DNA of 64,000 nt. Source: Mobula hypostoma. Its lineage: Eukaryota. The notes under the pieces were generated by a model, which did no database searches, was not told the DNA's origin, and saw nothing but the letters and a program-made list of their open reading frames with translations. Position 1 is the first letter of the stretch. Each line of letters opens with the position of its first letter. The stretch is taken from contig NC_086108.1 of assembly GCF_963921235.1 (NCBI RefSeq), forward strand, positions 14,570,001 through 14,634,000, written 5' to 3'. Both the position numbers and the translations under genes were made by a program. Positions 38,031 to 50,900 of the stretch are shown one piece after another.

Positions 38031-39374
38031 GTATTGCAGTCCTTATCTCTCATTGTCAACCCATTTTCCCTAGACCTCTCTGTGAGTAATTCACTCTGGT
38101 GCCTCCAATGCCAGATCCGTGGTTCACAACATGAGCCATTGTTTTGTCCATATCGTGTTGTGTAGCCATCAGTATTGCCCTCTAGTTATATCATGGCCAC
38201 TTTGTAACAACCTGATATTCTCAATCACAAAACTGTCTCACTGTCACCCCCCCCATCTACACTGAATTGTCTTCTGTACCTCTCCCTGTCCTTCTTTGTT
38301 CTTAACTAATTCACAAAGTGATAATACTCAAAATTTCACATCCCATTCTACCAGAGTCATAGAGCAATAGAGCATGGATACTGGCCTTTTGATATAATCA
38401 GTCAATGCCAACCATAGTGCCCAACCAGCTTGTCCTAATTTTATGCATTCGGGCCATATTCCTCCAAGTCCTGCCCTGCCACGTACCTGTCCACATGGTT
38501 CTTAAGTGATACGATCATACCTGACTCAACCACTTGATCTGGCAGCTCAGTCCATGCACAGACCAACTTCTGGGTGAAGAAGTTGCCTCTCAAGTTTCTA
38601 TTAACTATCTCCTCTTCCATCTAAGGCCTATGTCCTCTTGTTTAGGACTCCTCTACCCTGGGGAACATCTGCTGCCATACATCTTATCTATACCCCTTGT
38701 AATTTTAAACACATCTATAAACTCACCTCTCATTCTCCCGCATTCTACAGTTCTAGCCTAGCCAACAACTCAGGTCCTCCAATGCTGGCACCACCTGCAT
38801 AATCTTCTCTGCACTCTTTCAAGTTTAACCATGTCTTTCCTATAACAGGGTGACCAAAACTGTACACTGTACTCCAAGTGCAATCTCACCGACTTATACA
38901 ACTGCAATATAATGTCTCAACTCCTATAATCATTGCCATGACTGACGAAGGCCAGAGCGCTAAACACCTTTTTCACCACCTTTCCGTGAATCGTGCACTT
39001 GTACTTCCAGGTCCTTCAATTCCCTGACAATGTCTGTTGTCCTGCCATAGTCATTTTCATGCATTCTGTTTCTCAGCATCACCAATTGTGATGTACTCTA
39101 GCCTTATAAAGAATAACAGCCATCAGTGTGGTACCTTTCCTTTGCTTCACATCCTTTCACTCAAGGAGATGCTGGCTTTCAACTCATTACTCTCTCCTCT
39201 CTTTCTGAAGGTACAACACATTATGGCGGTGCGTAAAATCATGAGGGTCATGGATAAGGTTAATGTACACAGTCTTTTTCCCCCAGTTCAAAAAAGTTCA
39301 AAGTAAATGTATTATCAAAATACCATATACAACCCTGAGATTCAATTTCTTGTGGGCAATGCTCAGCAATCTAT

Positions 39375-39950
39375 AGTCTGAGTCTGAGACCTCAGTTGAT
39401 CAGAGTTGACCATGGATATTGTGTCCTGGCTGTCTAGATACACGAGCCTGGGCAGTGTGATATGGAGAGCAAGCTGTTACCCATGTGGCAAGCTCCCACT
39501 CTCCACGCATCTGATGAACCCAAAGGAATGGCAGAGACCAATACAGTTTGTACCAGCAAAATCAAAGGAACTGCCAGTCAGCGTTGGACTCAAAGTAGGA
39601 CTGTCTTAGGGACTCCAGCTCTGGATTTTTCCCCTCGGGGTTTGCTCCTGAAGCCTTCCCCATGAATGGGTATAGATCACAGTTTTGCTTCTCCCAGATA
39701 AGCTGCCAGCCATGGTTGATGAGCCCCATCTGCTCAAAGCAACTGGTTTTGAAGGCACCAGTAACCTGCCTTTGCCCATTCTCTTGTCAGTAAGAACAGT
39801 TCTGCCAGGCTTTGTACCTAAGCCACACGTGAAGGCCAGGAGCTGGACTCAGTTGTCCGAGACTGTTGGAGGTGCGTGCCATTGGGACCATTTAATAGGT
39901 AGTGAGAGCCTGTCCCCATTACCACCCCTGGCTAAAACAACCTTAAGGAA
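39375..39950 (-). mobile_element. RTE-like non-autonomous element nested in a Rex1 fragment
   Basis: Minus strand gcagatggggctcatcaaccatggctggcagc resembles RTE-clade 5' UTRs; (CTCAGA)n-like tail; interrupts the Rex1 3' UTR. Confidence 0.5.
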
Positions 39951-40400
39951 CCAATCTATAGAATAATAACCATAACAGAATCAATGAAAGACCGCACCAA
40001 CTTGGGCATTCAACCACCGTGCAAAAAACAACAAACTGTACAAATACTAAAAAAATCATAATAATAAATAAATAAGCAATAAATATTGAGAATGTGAGCT
40101 GAAGAGTCCTTGAAACTGAGTCCATTGGTTGTGAAAACAGTTCAAAAACGGGGCAAAAGTAGTTGAGTGACGTTATTCCCTTTGGTTCAAGAGCCTGATG
40201 GTTGAGAGGTAATAACTGTTCCTGAACCTGGTGGTGCGAGTCCTGAAGATCCTGTCCCTTCTTCCTGATGGCAGCAGAGAAAAGGGAGCATGTCCTGGGT
40301 GGTGGAGGTCCCTGATGATGGATGCTGCTTTCCTGTGACAGCATTTCATGTAGATGTGCTCAATGGTGGGGAGGGTTTTACCCATGATGGACTGAGCCAA
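39950..40400 (-). mobile_element. Rex1/Babar LINE C-terminus and 3' UTR (continues 39295-39375)
   Basis: IIRDLHHPGHAPFSLLPSGRR..RTTRFRNSYY. Confidence 0.85.
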
Positions 40401-41035
40401 ACTGGAACTAGAAGTCAATAACTGGAGGGCGCAGGTTTAAGATGAGATAGAAAAGGTTTAATAGGAATCTGAGAGGTGGCTTTTGCATCCATAAGCTGCC
40501 AGAAGTGGTGGTTGAGGAGGTACAATAACAACATCTAAAATACACTTGAACACTTACAAGTACATAGAAATGAAAGATTTAGAGTGTAATGCACCAAATA
40601 CAGACAAATGGGACTAGTTTAGATAGGTATCTTGGTTGCCATGGACAAGTTGAGTCAAAGGGCCTGTTTCTGAGTTGTATGACTTTTATCTATGACTGCT
40701 GTTACAAAGTTCTGCCTCTCCTTGCCTAGGTAGACTTCCCTTCCTTTGTAGCATGTGTAAAAGCTCTGGTCTCCCCTTCGTCTAAAGGTATAGGTTGACT
40801 GAGTGATAGCCCCATGTCCCATCCCCGACAAGCCACCCCCTGCCCTGCCCCGGGCTGAATCTCGATTGAGCTGAGTACTCTACTTCCCCCACCCCCATGG
40901 CACTGATGCACGTCAGCCTCATATCCCTCTGCATTCGACTGTGGGCTTGTTCATCATAGGATAGAGACAGAATACACCAGTTTGAAGTGAAGCAGGCCAT
41001 TTGATTTCGATGCATTTTCTGGGTTTCTTTTACAG

Positions 41036-41135
41036 GAAATGTGTGCAGCAGCAGTAGTTCAGTAAAAGATGAAGAGAAGAAATCCAAGGCGATTATACCC
41101 TACAGCTCCATGTTTCTCTTCAGCACAACCAACCC
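41036..41135 (+). CDS. CACNA1E: Exon: end of II-III loop ([34 protein letters not shown])
   Basis: ttttacag / CC|GTAAGT; 100 nt; conserved P-x-SSMF-x-FSTTNP. Confidence 0.93.
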
Positions 41136-42139
41136 GTAAGTCACCTCAGTTCCTGATTGCTTGCCAGCCTCGCTGGACCAGGCTGATTAAAAATTAATTG
41201 CTCAGAGAAATGAGAGTATTTGTAACGGGGGTTTCTGCCTGATGAGGTGGATTGTGCTGGAATCTTTAAGAATCTGTCCAACCAAAAGCGGGCATCCAAT
41301 ATTATTGTCTTTGGCCTTGGGAGCAGTATTGGCAGAGATGCAAAAATCAGGTTCCAAAGGGGTAGAATGATGCCTACCTATCCATACCTGTCTGAAAATT
41401 CCTCAAACACCTTTCAACTGAGGCTATCCCAGGCAGAACCCTGCATATGTTGGAAAAGTGAAAGCAGAAAGTACCCCGTGCTGGAAGCACTCAACAGATC
41501 AGTCAGCGTCTCTGGAGCAAGAAATAGAGTCAACATTTTTGATCATAAACCTCTCAAGAGGTCATGTACCCTGTTCTCTGCGGGACCACAGCAGTACAGC
41601 ACCCAGTGGCAGTATAACACATCAGATTTTCAGAGGTGGTACTGGGGTATCTGGTGGAGCAGGTGTAATGGAAATGTGATCCAACAAAGGTAGGGAGTGC
41701 GAGACCACAAACACAACAGAACCGAAGGATATGGGAAGAGATTGCCAAACAATGGGCAGCAAAATATGGAGACGTTCTTAACCTGAAATGCTAACTGTCC
41801 ATTTCTCTCCACAGTTAAAACAAAATGTACAGCCCACAGTGTCTCTGCTGACTGTGATGCTGAACTAAACTAAATCCTTTCTGCTTGTACCTGTACAGTA
41901 TATGATCCACAGTGTTCCATTCTCTGCATACTCATAGGCCTATCTAAGAGTCTTGTAAATACATCTATCGTTTCTGTTTCCAGTACTAACCCTGGCAGCT
42001 TATTTCACGCTCCAACCACCATCTTGTGTAAAATAATTTGCCACATCCACAGTTTCTTTTGAAGTTATACACTGGCGTCTTACATGCATGCCCTCTAATA
42101 TTTAATAATTCAACCCTGGGGCAAAGGTTCAAGCTGTTT

Positions 42140-42430
42140 AACCATAGAAACCATAGAAACTACAGCACAGAAACAGGCCCTTTGGCCCTTCTTGGCTGTG
42201 CCGAACCATTTTCTGCCTAGTCCCACTGACCTGCACACGGACCATATCCCTCCTTACACCTCCTATCCTTGTATCTGTCCAATTTATTCTTAAATGTTAA
42301 AAAAGAACCCGCATTTACCACCTCGTCTGGCAGCTCATTCCTTACTCCCACCACTCTCTGTGTGAAGAAGCCCCCCCTAATGTTCCCTTTAAACTTTTCC
42401 CCCCTCACCCTTAACCCATGTCCTCTGGTT
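42140..42430 (-). mobile_element. Young CR1 3' end with a tandem-repeat tail
   Basis: RGEKFKGNIRGGFFTQRVVGVRNELP; (aaccataga)2 tail. Confidence 0.85.
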
Positions 42431-43396
42431 TACTGTCATAATTTTAGAAACTGCCCTCAGGTCTCCCCTCAGCTTCCAACACTCTAAAGAAAACAACTCT
42501 AGTTTGTCCAATATAACCCACTGAATTCCTCTAGCAGCTCAGTGTTTGCTCCAGCCACAATATCATGCATCTCACTGCCAAATGCAAGTAATGAATGAGC
42601 TATATATTGTGCAATCAACTCCGAACTGATTCCACAACCTATAGACTCTACCACTCATGTTATCAGTATTATTTATTTATATTTACACAGTTCATTTTGT
42701 TTTGCACGTTGGTTGTTCATCAGTCTTTGGAATTTTTCATTGATCCTATTATATTTATTTGTTCTACTGTGAATGCCTGCAATAAAATAAGTCTCAAGGT
42801 AGTATATGGTGACATATACATACTTTGAAAATAAATTTACTTTGAACTTTGAGCAAGGTTAGGGCTGTTCAATAAATTGGTGAAACTACTACTGAAATTC
42901 ACATTCCCCAACAATTGTTTGGTTATAAGTTATACTGATGGTAAGGAGCTGAACAGTTTGACAGACACGAGATACACAGGGAAGATGAGTTGAGTAATAA
43001 CCACATCCAACAAATCCTACCAAGCACCCTTGGCTTTCATCAACCACTCCCACACAATCAGATCCTGGAGGCCACCATCAGCCAGAATTCAATGAAACCA
43101 GTCATTAAAACACTTTGGGTATATGAACAGGCTGGATATCTACCTTCTAGCATCCTCCACTCGTCCTAGAGTCGATGGTGGTAGGCCCTTTGGCCCAATT
43201 CGTCTATACCAATCATTGTGTAGTCACATTTCCTCCTAAACCCCTCTATCCATGTACTTATCCAAATGTTGTTTAAGTGTTGTTATTGTACCTACCTCAC
43301 ATCCTCTGGTCATTCCATATATTCACCACCCTCTTCATGAAAAAATTGCCCCATGGGTCCTTTTTAAATATTTCCCTCTCAGCTTGAATCTTGATT

Positions 43397-43665
43397 GGCT
43401 GGTGGCGCAGTGACATCAGCGCCGGACTCCAGAACGGAAGTTCCCGGGTTCGAATCCAGTCGGGCCGCTCCCGAGTACGCTTTCCATCCGTGCCGGGTTG
43501 AGTGTTGAGCTCGCAACTTGACCTCATAAAATAAAGAAAAATAATGCGAAATGTCTGTGCAAGGAGTGGTGCCCCACGCAGCCTTCTGATCCGCGCCTTG
43601 TAAGGCATGAAAATGCCCGACGCTGGCCTCTCAGGCCTGAGTCGACGTCATCATCATCATCATCA
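43397..43665 (+). mobile_element. Young tRNA-derived SINE with a (CAT)n tail
   Basis: A box TGGCGCAGTGA at 43403; B box GGTTCGAATCC at 43447-43457; CpG-rich; (TCA)6 tail. Confidence 0.85.
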
Positions 43666-44344
43666 CTAAATCTATGCCATCTAGTTTTTACTTACCTTCC
43701 CTAGGGAAAAGACTCTGTGTGTTCATACTATGATTTTATACACCTCTGCAAGTTTACCCTCAGTCTCCTACATTCCAAGAATTAAAGTCCTAGCCTGCCA
43801 AACCTCTCATTATAATTCTGGCCATCAAGTCCTTGCAACAGCGTCATAAGTCTGATTTCTCTGATCCTCTGATTTCCATGAAGCAGAAATCAGGAGTCTG
43901 ATAGAATGCCGTCCACTTGGCTGGATGACTAAAACTCCAACAACACTTAAGGAGCTCAGCGTCGTGCAGGAGAGAGCAACCGACTTGTTTGGCAAGTTAC
44001 GGTTCAGCAGTGCTAGGTTCGGGAGGAGGACTGTTGAGTTTCCGTTCTGGGATTCCAACTTTGCTCCTTCAGGACATCTGTGCCACTGAAGCAAGGATTA
44101 CGATTAGGCCATTCAGACCTTTGAGCATGCCCCAGCATTCAATATAATTAGATTAGATTAGATTATGAGGACACTCAGTCCTCATTTATTGTCATTTAGA
44201 AATGCATGCATTAAATCTTCATGAATCATCTATTTAGTATCCTCTTCCAGCTTTCTCCCCTATCATCTGATCCCTCCTGTTCAGCTTTATCTGCTGAACA
44301 AGCTCAGCAGGATGAGCAGCATACTTTATGACCAAGAAATGTCA

Positions 44345-45115
44345 AAGTAGCACACAAAATGCTTGAGAATTTCAGCAAGTCAGGCAGAATCTATAGAAGG
44401 GAATAAACAGTTAATGTTTCAGGCTCAGATCCTTCATCAGGACTAGAAAAGAAATGGAAAGATGCCAGAATGAGAAGGCTGAGGGAGGGGACAGAGGAAC
44501 AGCTGGTAGGAGAAGACAAGTGAGGGGAAAGGTGGGTGGGTGGGTTGAATGCAGTGAGAAGCTGAGAGGTGATAGTTGGAAGAGATAAATGACTGAAGAA
44601 GAAGGAATCTGGTAGGAGAGAAGAGTGGACCATGGAGAAAGGGAAGGAGAGGTGATGGGCAGGATAGGAGAAGGGAATTGGGTAATAGGGAAGGCAGAAC
44701 AGGGAATGGAAATGAGAGAAGGGGAGGATGGAGAAATCACCAGAGTTTGAGAAATCAATGTTCATGCCATCAGGTTGGAGGCTACCCTGATGGAATATGA
44801 TATATTGCTCCTCCAACCCGAGAGTGGCGTCATTGTGTCAATAGAGGAGGCTATGGACCAACATGACAGAATGGGAATGGGAATTAGAACTAAGATGGGT
44901 GGCCACCCTGAAATCCCACCAGTTGTGCCAGATGGAGCAAAAGGTCCCTAAACCTACGTTGGGCCTTATCGATGTAGAGGAGACTGCAGCAGGAAAACCG
45001 GATGCAGTAGATGACCCTTACAGACTCATGGATGAAATGTTGTTTTGTCTGGAATGACTTTGGGGTCCTGAATGGTGGTGAGTGAGGAGATGAAGGGGCA
45101 GGAGTACCTCCTCTT
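44345..45115 (-). mobile_element. Penelope-like element 3' part: GIY-YIG remnant and terminal repeat with degenerate hammerhead (44409-44444)
   Basis: VIYCIRFSCCSLLYIDKAQRRF; EEQYIIFHQGSLQPDGMNIDFS; minus strand AGTC-CTGATGA-AGG..CCT-GAAAC. Confidence 0.85.
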
Positions 45116-45177
45116 TTCATCCTGAATGTAATTGTCATTGTACAGAATGTCTGCAGTGACTCTTTCTGCCTTGGCAG

Positions 45178-45307
45178 GGTCCGCAGAGCATGCCATTTCA
45201 TTGTCAACCTGCGCTACTTTGAGATGTGTATCCTTCTGGTGATTGCAGCCAGCAGCGTGGCTCTCGCAGCGGAGGATCCCATCAACAAGGACTCATCTAG
45301 AAACCAG
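45178..45307 (+). CDS. CACNA1E: Exon: IIIS1 ([43 protein letters not shown])
   Basis: ttggcag / CAG|GTAAGG; 130 nt; [14 protein letters not shown] is Cav2.3-type. Confidence 0.96.
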
Positions 45308-45344
45308 GTAAGGCCAATTCAAGTGTCAGTCACTGGGGACAAGG

Positions 45345-45842
45345 ATAGAACATAGAACATAGAATAGTACAGCACAGTACTGGCCCCTCGGCCCACAATG
45401 TTGTGCCGACCCTCAAACCCTGCCTCCCATATAAGCCCCCACCTTAGATTCCTCCATATACCTGTCTAGTAGTCTGTTAAACTTCACTAGTGTATCTGCC
45501 TCCACCACTGACTCAGGCAGTGCATTCCACGCACCAACCACTCTGAGTAAAAAACCTTCCTTTAATATCCCCCTTGAACTTCCCACCCCTTACCTTAAAG
45601 CCATGTCCTTTTGTATTGAGCAGTGGTGCCCTGGGGAAGAGGCGCTGGCTGTCCACTCTATGTATTCCGCTTATTATCTTGTACACCTCTATCATGTCTC
45701 CTCTCATCCTCCTTCTCTCCAAAGAGTAAAGCCCTAGCTCCCTTAATCTCTGATCATAATGCATACTCTCTAAACCAGGCAGCATCCTGGTAAATCTCCT
45801 CTGTACCCTTTCCAATGCTTCCACATCCTTCCTATAGTGAGG
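45345..45842 (-). mobile_element. Young 5'-truncated CR1 just downstream of an exon
   Basis: Nearly intact LERVQRRFTRMLPGL..LGLYSLERRRMRGDMIEVYKI; (atagaac)n tail. Confidence 0.92.
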
Positions 45843-45944
45843 TAATGTTTAGCATTGTTCTGGAGTTGAGGAACAAATGGAGAGAAAGAACACAGGAGGC
45901 TAAAGGTGCTTCCCTTTATTAGTCAAGACATTGAGTTCAAAACT

Positions 45945-48404
45945 CAGTGCCAATGTAGCAAGGATCTTGGTCACTCCCACACCTGCCTCCGAAAACTCCA
46001 GTTTCTCTGACAAATAACCATCATATGGATAATCACCCGCACTAAGACCCCAGATCTCTAGTGCATTCAGTGGTGTCAGTGGTAAATGCGTCAGATACCA
46101 GTTGTAAAACAAGCGATACAGCAAAGTGACCTGTGAGCCTGTGTCAAGTATGGCTCTAGTATAAATACCCTGGAGCAATACCAATGTACCAATGTAGTAT
46201 AATCGGTACCATAAATACCAATGTAGCGATACACTGGAGCTTGGCCCCACTAAGCCTTCAGGAATAGGGTTCCTTGATATACTGCTGGGAACGTGTTCCC
46301 CCTAAGACGCCAGGCTGTTCCCTCACTGGGTCTCTTCTAAGTTCCCAACGTCTCTCTCTGCTTAGGTACCCGGGGGCTCACTCTCTGAAGGGTTTCCCGT
46401 TATTCAGACTCTCACTTCACCACAATAATAACAGACAATACCAACCACTCTGCTTTTCGCGGGACCCCGGTTGCTAGCAGCCATCCGAGTAGTCCATCCC
46501 CTTAGAGGGTCTGCCTCTCTATCAGCTCCATCATACAGAGGGGGTCCACACACACTGATAACAACCGGGACATCTCAGTTCTCATCCCTGCCACGATCTC
46601 CTTTACCATTCCCGGGGTCGAGCTATCCATGGCCATTTCAACACAGGGGCTACTACCGAGGGCTGTACCCTGCTGATGAAGGCCTCCCGTGCTCCGACGC
46701 ATTCTCTTCCTCTCATACTTCTCTGGTCAGCTCAACAAACCAGGGAGGGGGGGGGTGCATCTTACAAGACAGTCGGAGACCCCAAGCGATCAGGTCCTGG
46801 GACTGAGGGTCTTTCACTATTTGGTCCATTCTTAGTTGATCCACCTCAACCATCTGAATGGCCCACAAACAATTTAGCTGTCTCTCTAGCTGGAAGATAT
46901 AGGCAGGAAGCGTCTCCACTTTCTCCACATGTTCTATAACTCTTGTCATGAGCTCCATTGGGCTCCCTATCGCGCCAAACACATTTTCCAGTGCTTGCAT
47001 GTAAGCTGCAGCAATGGCAAGGGAGTACTGGGACTTCACGGCTCTCACAATGTCAGCAGCCCGCCCCCTCAAATTCTCAACCAATCGCTGTCTCTCTACA
47101 TCATCAGAGCACTGCCACTCACCTAACAACTGAGAGGTCTGCTCCGCCCACGTCTCATACTCCTCTTCCCCCTCGGGGTTGGGCTTCTCAGCTTCCGATA
47201 GCTAGGACCCTCAGCCTGTGCACTGGGCTATTTATTCGCCAGGGAGGTGATGGCTGTTAGCAACTCAGAATGCTCACTCCTTTCTGGGGTACTCATTAGA
47301 CGTTCCAAATCAGACCACTCCTTCCCCTTGCTCCGCAGAAACGAGAGCACCCTGTCTTTGAAGTCTCTGCCACCAGCTACAGGACACTCAGCTTGCGATT
47401 TGACCCGCTCCCCTACACTCTCCTCCTCACGGAAAGTATGGACAGCCAATGCCCCCCCCCCCCGAGCCCCAATAGCACCGGGCAGTCCCACTGCCGTTAC
47501 ATCAGTGCTAGTTTGAACTAACAAAGTCTCTGCCCACCTCTGCCCCATAATCATAACTTTACCTACAGCTTTAACCAGTACTTAAAATTCAAATTAACAA
47601 TTCATCAGGGGTACGAATATCTACCCCACTCAACACACAGGCATTCGTTACTAATAACCCGGTGGATTCATACCACCTCTCAACCCCAACAGCATCCATA
47701 ACCATGTACCAAAATCACTTTACCAGACAATAGTTTAGCACAGGCTTAAACACACAACCCACTGGATCAATGCTCAGGGCAATCACACAGCATCCAACGA
47801 ATTCGATCCCAGACAAGCCCCACAATTGTAACACTCCGGTTCCGTCGGCTGCATGAGTTGAGGGAAGACAATCTCTGGCGCTGCCAAACGTGGGAGATTG
47901 AGGTGCAAGCCAAATTCCCCCGTTTGTGTGGATGCCGTGTGATTTGTCACCCTGTTACAAGTAAGTATCATGAAATAACAGATAGTACACCGCACATAAT
48001 TACAAGATTTAGCTTTATAATTCTTAATTTGACTGAAGGGTTAGTAACGGGGGGAAAAAAAAGCAAAGGGGCCCAGTTTAATGAAACAGTCTAATGTGCA
48101 CAAGTTGAAGCTCACGGTTTCCCCTTCGCCGATCCTCCCTCAATCTCCCCTGGTCTTCGTCGAATCACAGCCCCACTCCAGGTCGACTTCTACAACCTCT
48201 TCTCTCTTCATCCCCAACAAAGCCCCAAGCCCAACCTTAATTATCCTTCACCAGAGAAACCTCCCCTAAATCCAGCCATCCTAATCGGATAGGATACAAT
48301 TCTCCTAGCTCTTATCTTCAACAGTATCCCAAACAAGCAGCTTACACAGAATAGCATACCAGAGAAAAAAATATGAATCATCTGAATCAGACCTGGGCGT
48401 CACA
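45945..48404 (-). mobile_element. Gypsy LTR element 5' part: LTR, PBS, PNMA-like gag, protease
   Basis: TG..CA LTR 47827-48404; tRNA-Pro-like PBS 47806-47824; EWQCSDDVERQRLVENLRGRAADIV..YMQALENVFG; protease AILDTGSQVTLL. Confidence 0.85.
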
Positions 48405-48409
48405 TATAC

Positions 48410-50900
48410 AATGCCTTGAGATTCTTTTTAATTCTTCTTGTTAAGGACTTGTCATGGCTTTCCTTGCTTTTCTAATTCCCTTCTTGAGTTATTTCCTGGC
48501 TTTTTATATGCCTCCAGGGCTCTGTTTGATTCTAAATTCCTAATGCTTTTATTTTTTCTTCTTGACTAAATTCATCACCACTCTCAACATCCAAGCTTCT
48601 CTTTCCTTGCATCCTTATCCTTCCTTCTGACTGAAACATAGAGTACCTACCATGTGCTCTAGTCTTTAAACATCCTCCACATGTTGGATTTGGACTTGTT
48701 CAAAAACAGCCGTTTCCAATTAACTCTCCCTACTTCCTGCCTAATACTCTCATTGATCCAGTTTAATTCTCTACCACAATGTGCATATTTATCTTTCTCT
48801 ATACTGTATATATGAGGCATAACCTGCCCCTTACAAATTCATGCTGACGATCCCTAATGAATTATGCTTCTCTAAATGCTCATAAATCCTATGCCTAAGA
48901 CTCTTCTTCATTAGTCTTTCCACCAGTGATGTAAAACACATTGGTGTATAATTCCCAGAATTACACCTATTACCTTTCCTGAATTTGCCATCCTCCAATC
49001 CTCTGGTACCACTCTTGCAACCAGGGTGGGCACAAAGATCATCATCATCACCTCAGCAATTTCTTTTGCTTGCTTTTAAATTGGGGTATATCCACTTGTC
49101 GCTGATTATTTATCTATCCTAATGTTTTTCAGAAGCTCCACCACTACATTCTTCTTGACTACAACATGTTCCAGCATATTAGCCTGTTCTATGCTAACCT
49201 CATATCTGGCAGAGTCTCTCTCCCTGGTCAACACTGAAGCCAAGTATTCATTTAGGTCCACCCCTATCTCTTCTGCCTGCAGGCACATATTTCTCTTTAT
49301 CCCTGAGCAGTACTACACTCACTCTAGTCATCCTCCAGTTCTTGGTGTTTTCCTAAATCCTACTGACCAAGACATCCTAATGTCTCCTTCTGGGTCTCCG
49401 AAGTCCCTTCTTAAGCTCCTTCCTGGCTACTTTATAATTCTTAAAAGTCTGTCTGACTTTTGCTTACTAAACCTTAAGAATGCTTCCTTCTTCCTTTTGA
49501 CTAAATGTTTTGCCTACCTTGTCAACCATGGTTCCTCTACCCTACCATTCTTTTCCTGTCTCATTGGGTTACAAACCTATCCAAAACCCAATGCAAGTGC
49601 ATTTTATACAAGCCTCATTTATTTTATTTTTATTTTTATTCAGGCATAGGACACAGAATAGGCCATTCCAGCCCTTTGAGCTGCTCTGCCCAGCAACAGC
49701 CAATAACCCCTGATTTAACCCTAATCTAATCACAGGACAATTTACAATGACCAATTAACCTACTAACCAATACATCTTTGGACTGTGGGAGGAAACCCGA
49801 GCACCAGGAGAAACATACACATTCCATGGGAGGATGTACAGACTCCTTACAGAGGGCGCTGCGATTGAACTCCAAACTCCGATGCCCCATGATATAATAG
49901 CATCACACTAATCGTTACGCTACCGCTGCTATGAATTTACCCTAGAACATCAGTTCCCAAGTTCCTGCCTAATACTATAATTAGTCCTCCCCCAATTAAA
50001 TACTCTTCCATATTATCTGTCCTATCCTTATGTGGGCACGTGGCCAAGTGGTTAAGGCATTGGACTAGCTACCTGAAGATCATGAGTTCAAGCCCCAACC
50101 GACGGAACTTGTTGTGTCTTTGAGCAAGGCACTTAATCACACATTACTCTGCGATGACACTGGTGCCAAGCTGTATGGGTCCTAATGCCCTTCCCTTGGA
50201 CAACATTGGTGTCGTGGAGAGGGGAGACTTGCAGCATGGGCAACTGCTGGTCTTCCATACAACCTTGCCCAGGCCTGTGCCCTGGAGAGTGAAGACTTTC
50301 CAGGCGCAGATCCATGGTCTCGCAAGACTAACGGATGCCTTTATCCTTGTCCATGGCTATACTAAAGATCATGGAGTGTGGTCACTATTTCCTAAATACT
50401 CGTCCACTGAGGGGTTTGTTTTCTGATCAAGTTCATTGCCTAGTACTGGATCCATCACTCTAGTTGGCCTGTCCACCTACTCTGTCCTATCTAAAGCCTT
50501 TGCATTAAGGAGGTGCCAGTCAATATTAGGGAAGTTGAAGTTACCCAAAAGAACAACCCTGTTATTTTTGCACCTTTCCAAAATCTGCCTACTTATTTGC
50601 TCCTCAGTGTCCTGGTGGTACTGGAATCTTCCATCAGCCCTCCCAATACCACCAGGACACCAAGCAGAGAAATAGGCAGATTGCTTCCTTCCTGTTTCTG
50701 ACTTCCACCCACGCTGACACAGTAGACAATCCCTCCACAATGTCATCTTTTAAGCAGCTGTGATTACTATCCCTGAGTCGCAATGACACCAACCTCCCCC
50801 CACCCCTTTCACCTCCCTGTCTATCTCTTTTGAATCATCTAAAGCCTAGAATATCAAACAGCCTATCCTGCCCTTTCAACAGCCAAGTCACTGTAATGCT
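48410..50900 (-). mobile_element. Cluster of CR1 fragments with nested SINEs
   Basis: LNEYLASVLT, VVLLGNFNFPNIDW motifs. Confidence 0.8.
50031..50341 (+). mobile_element. tRNA-derived SINE (second copy 62208-62490, minus strand)
   Basis: A box TGGCCAAGTGG, B box GAGTTCAAGCC; TATCCTT flanking duplication; near-identical inverse copy. Confidence 0.85.

Noticed and set aside
41247..41693. 148-aa intronic ORF
   Set aside because: No recognisable domain, includes PLE-like repeat sequence, and flanking exons already join in phase.
43397..43470. tRNA gene
   Set aside because: A and B boxes are followed by a ~200-nt body and microsatellite tail, with no convincing cloverleaf or terminator; it is a SINE head.
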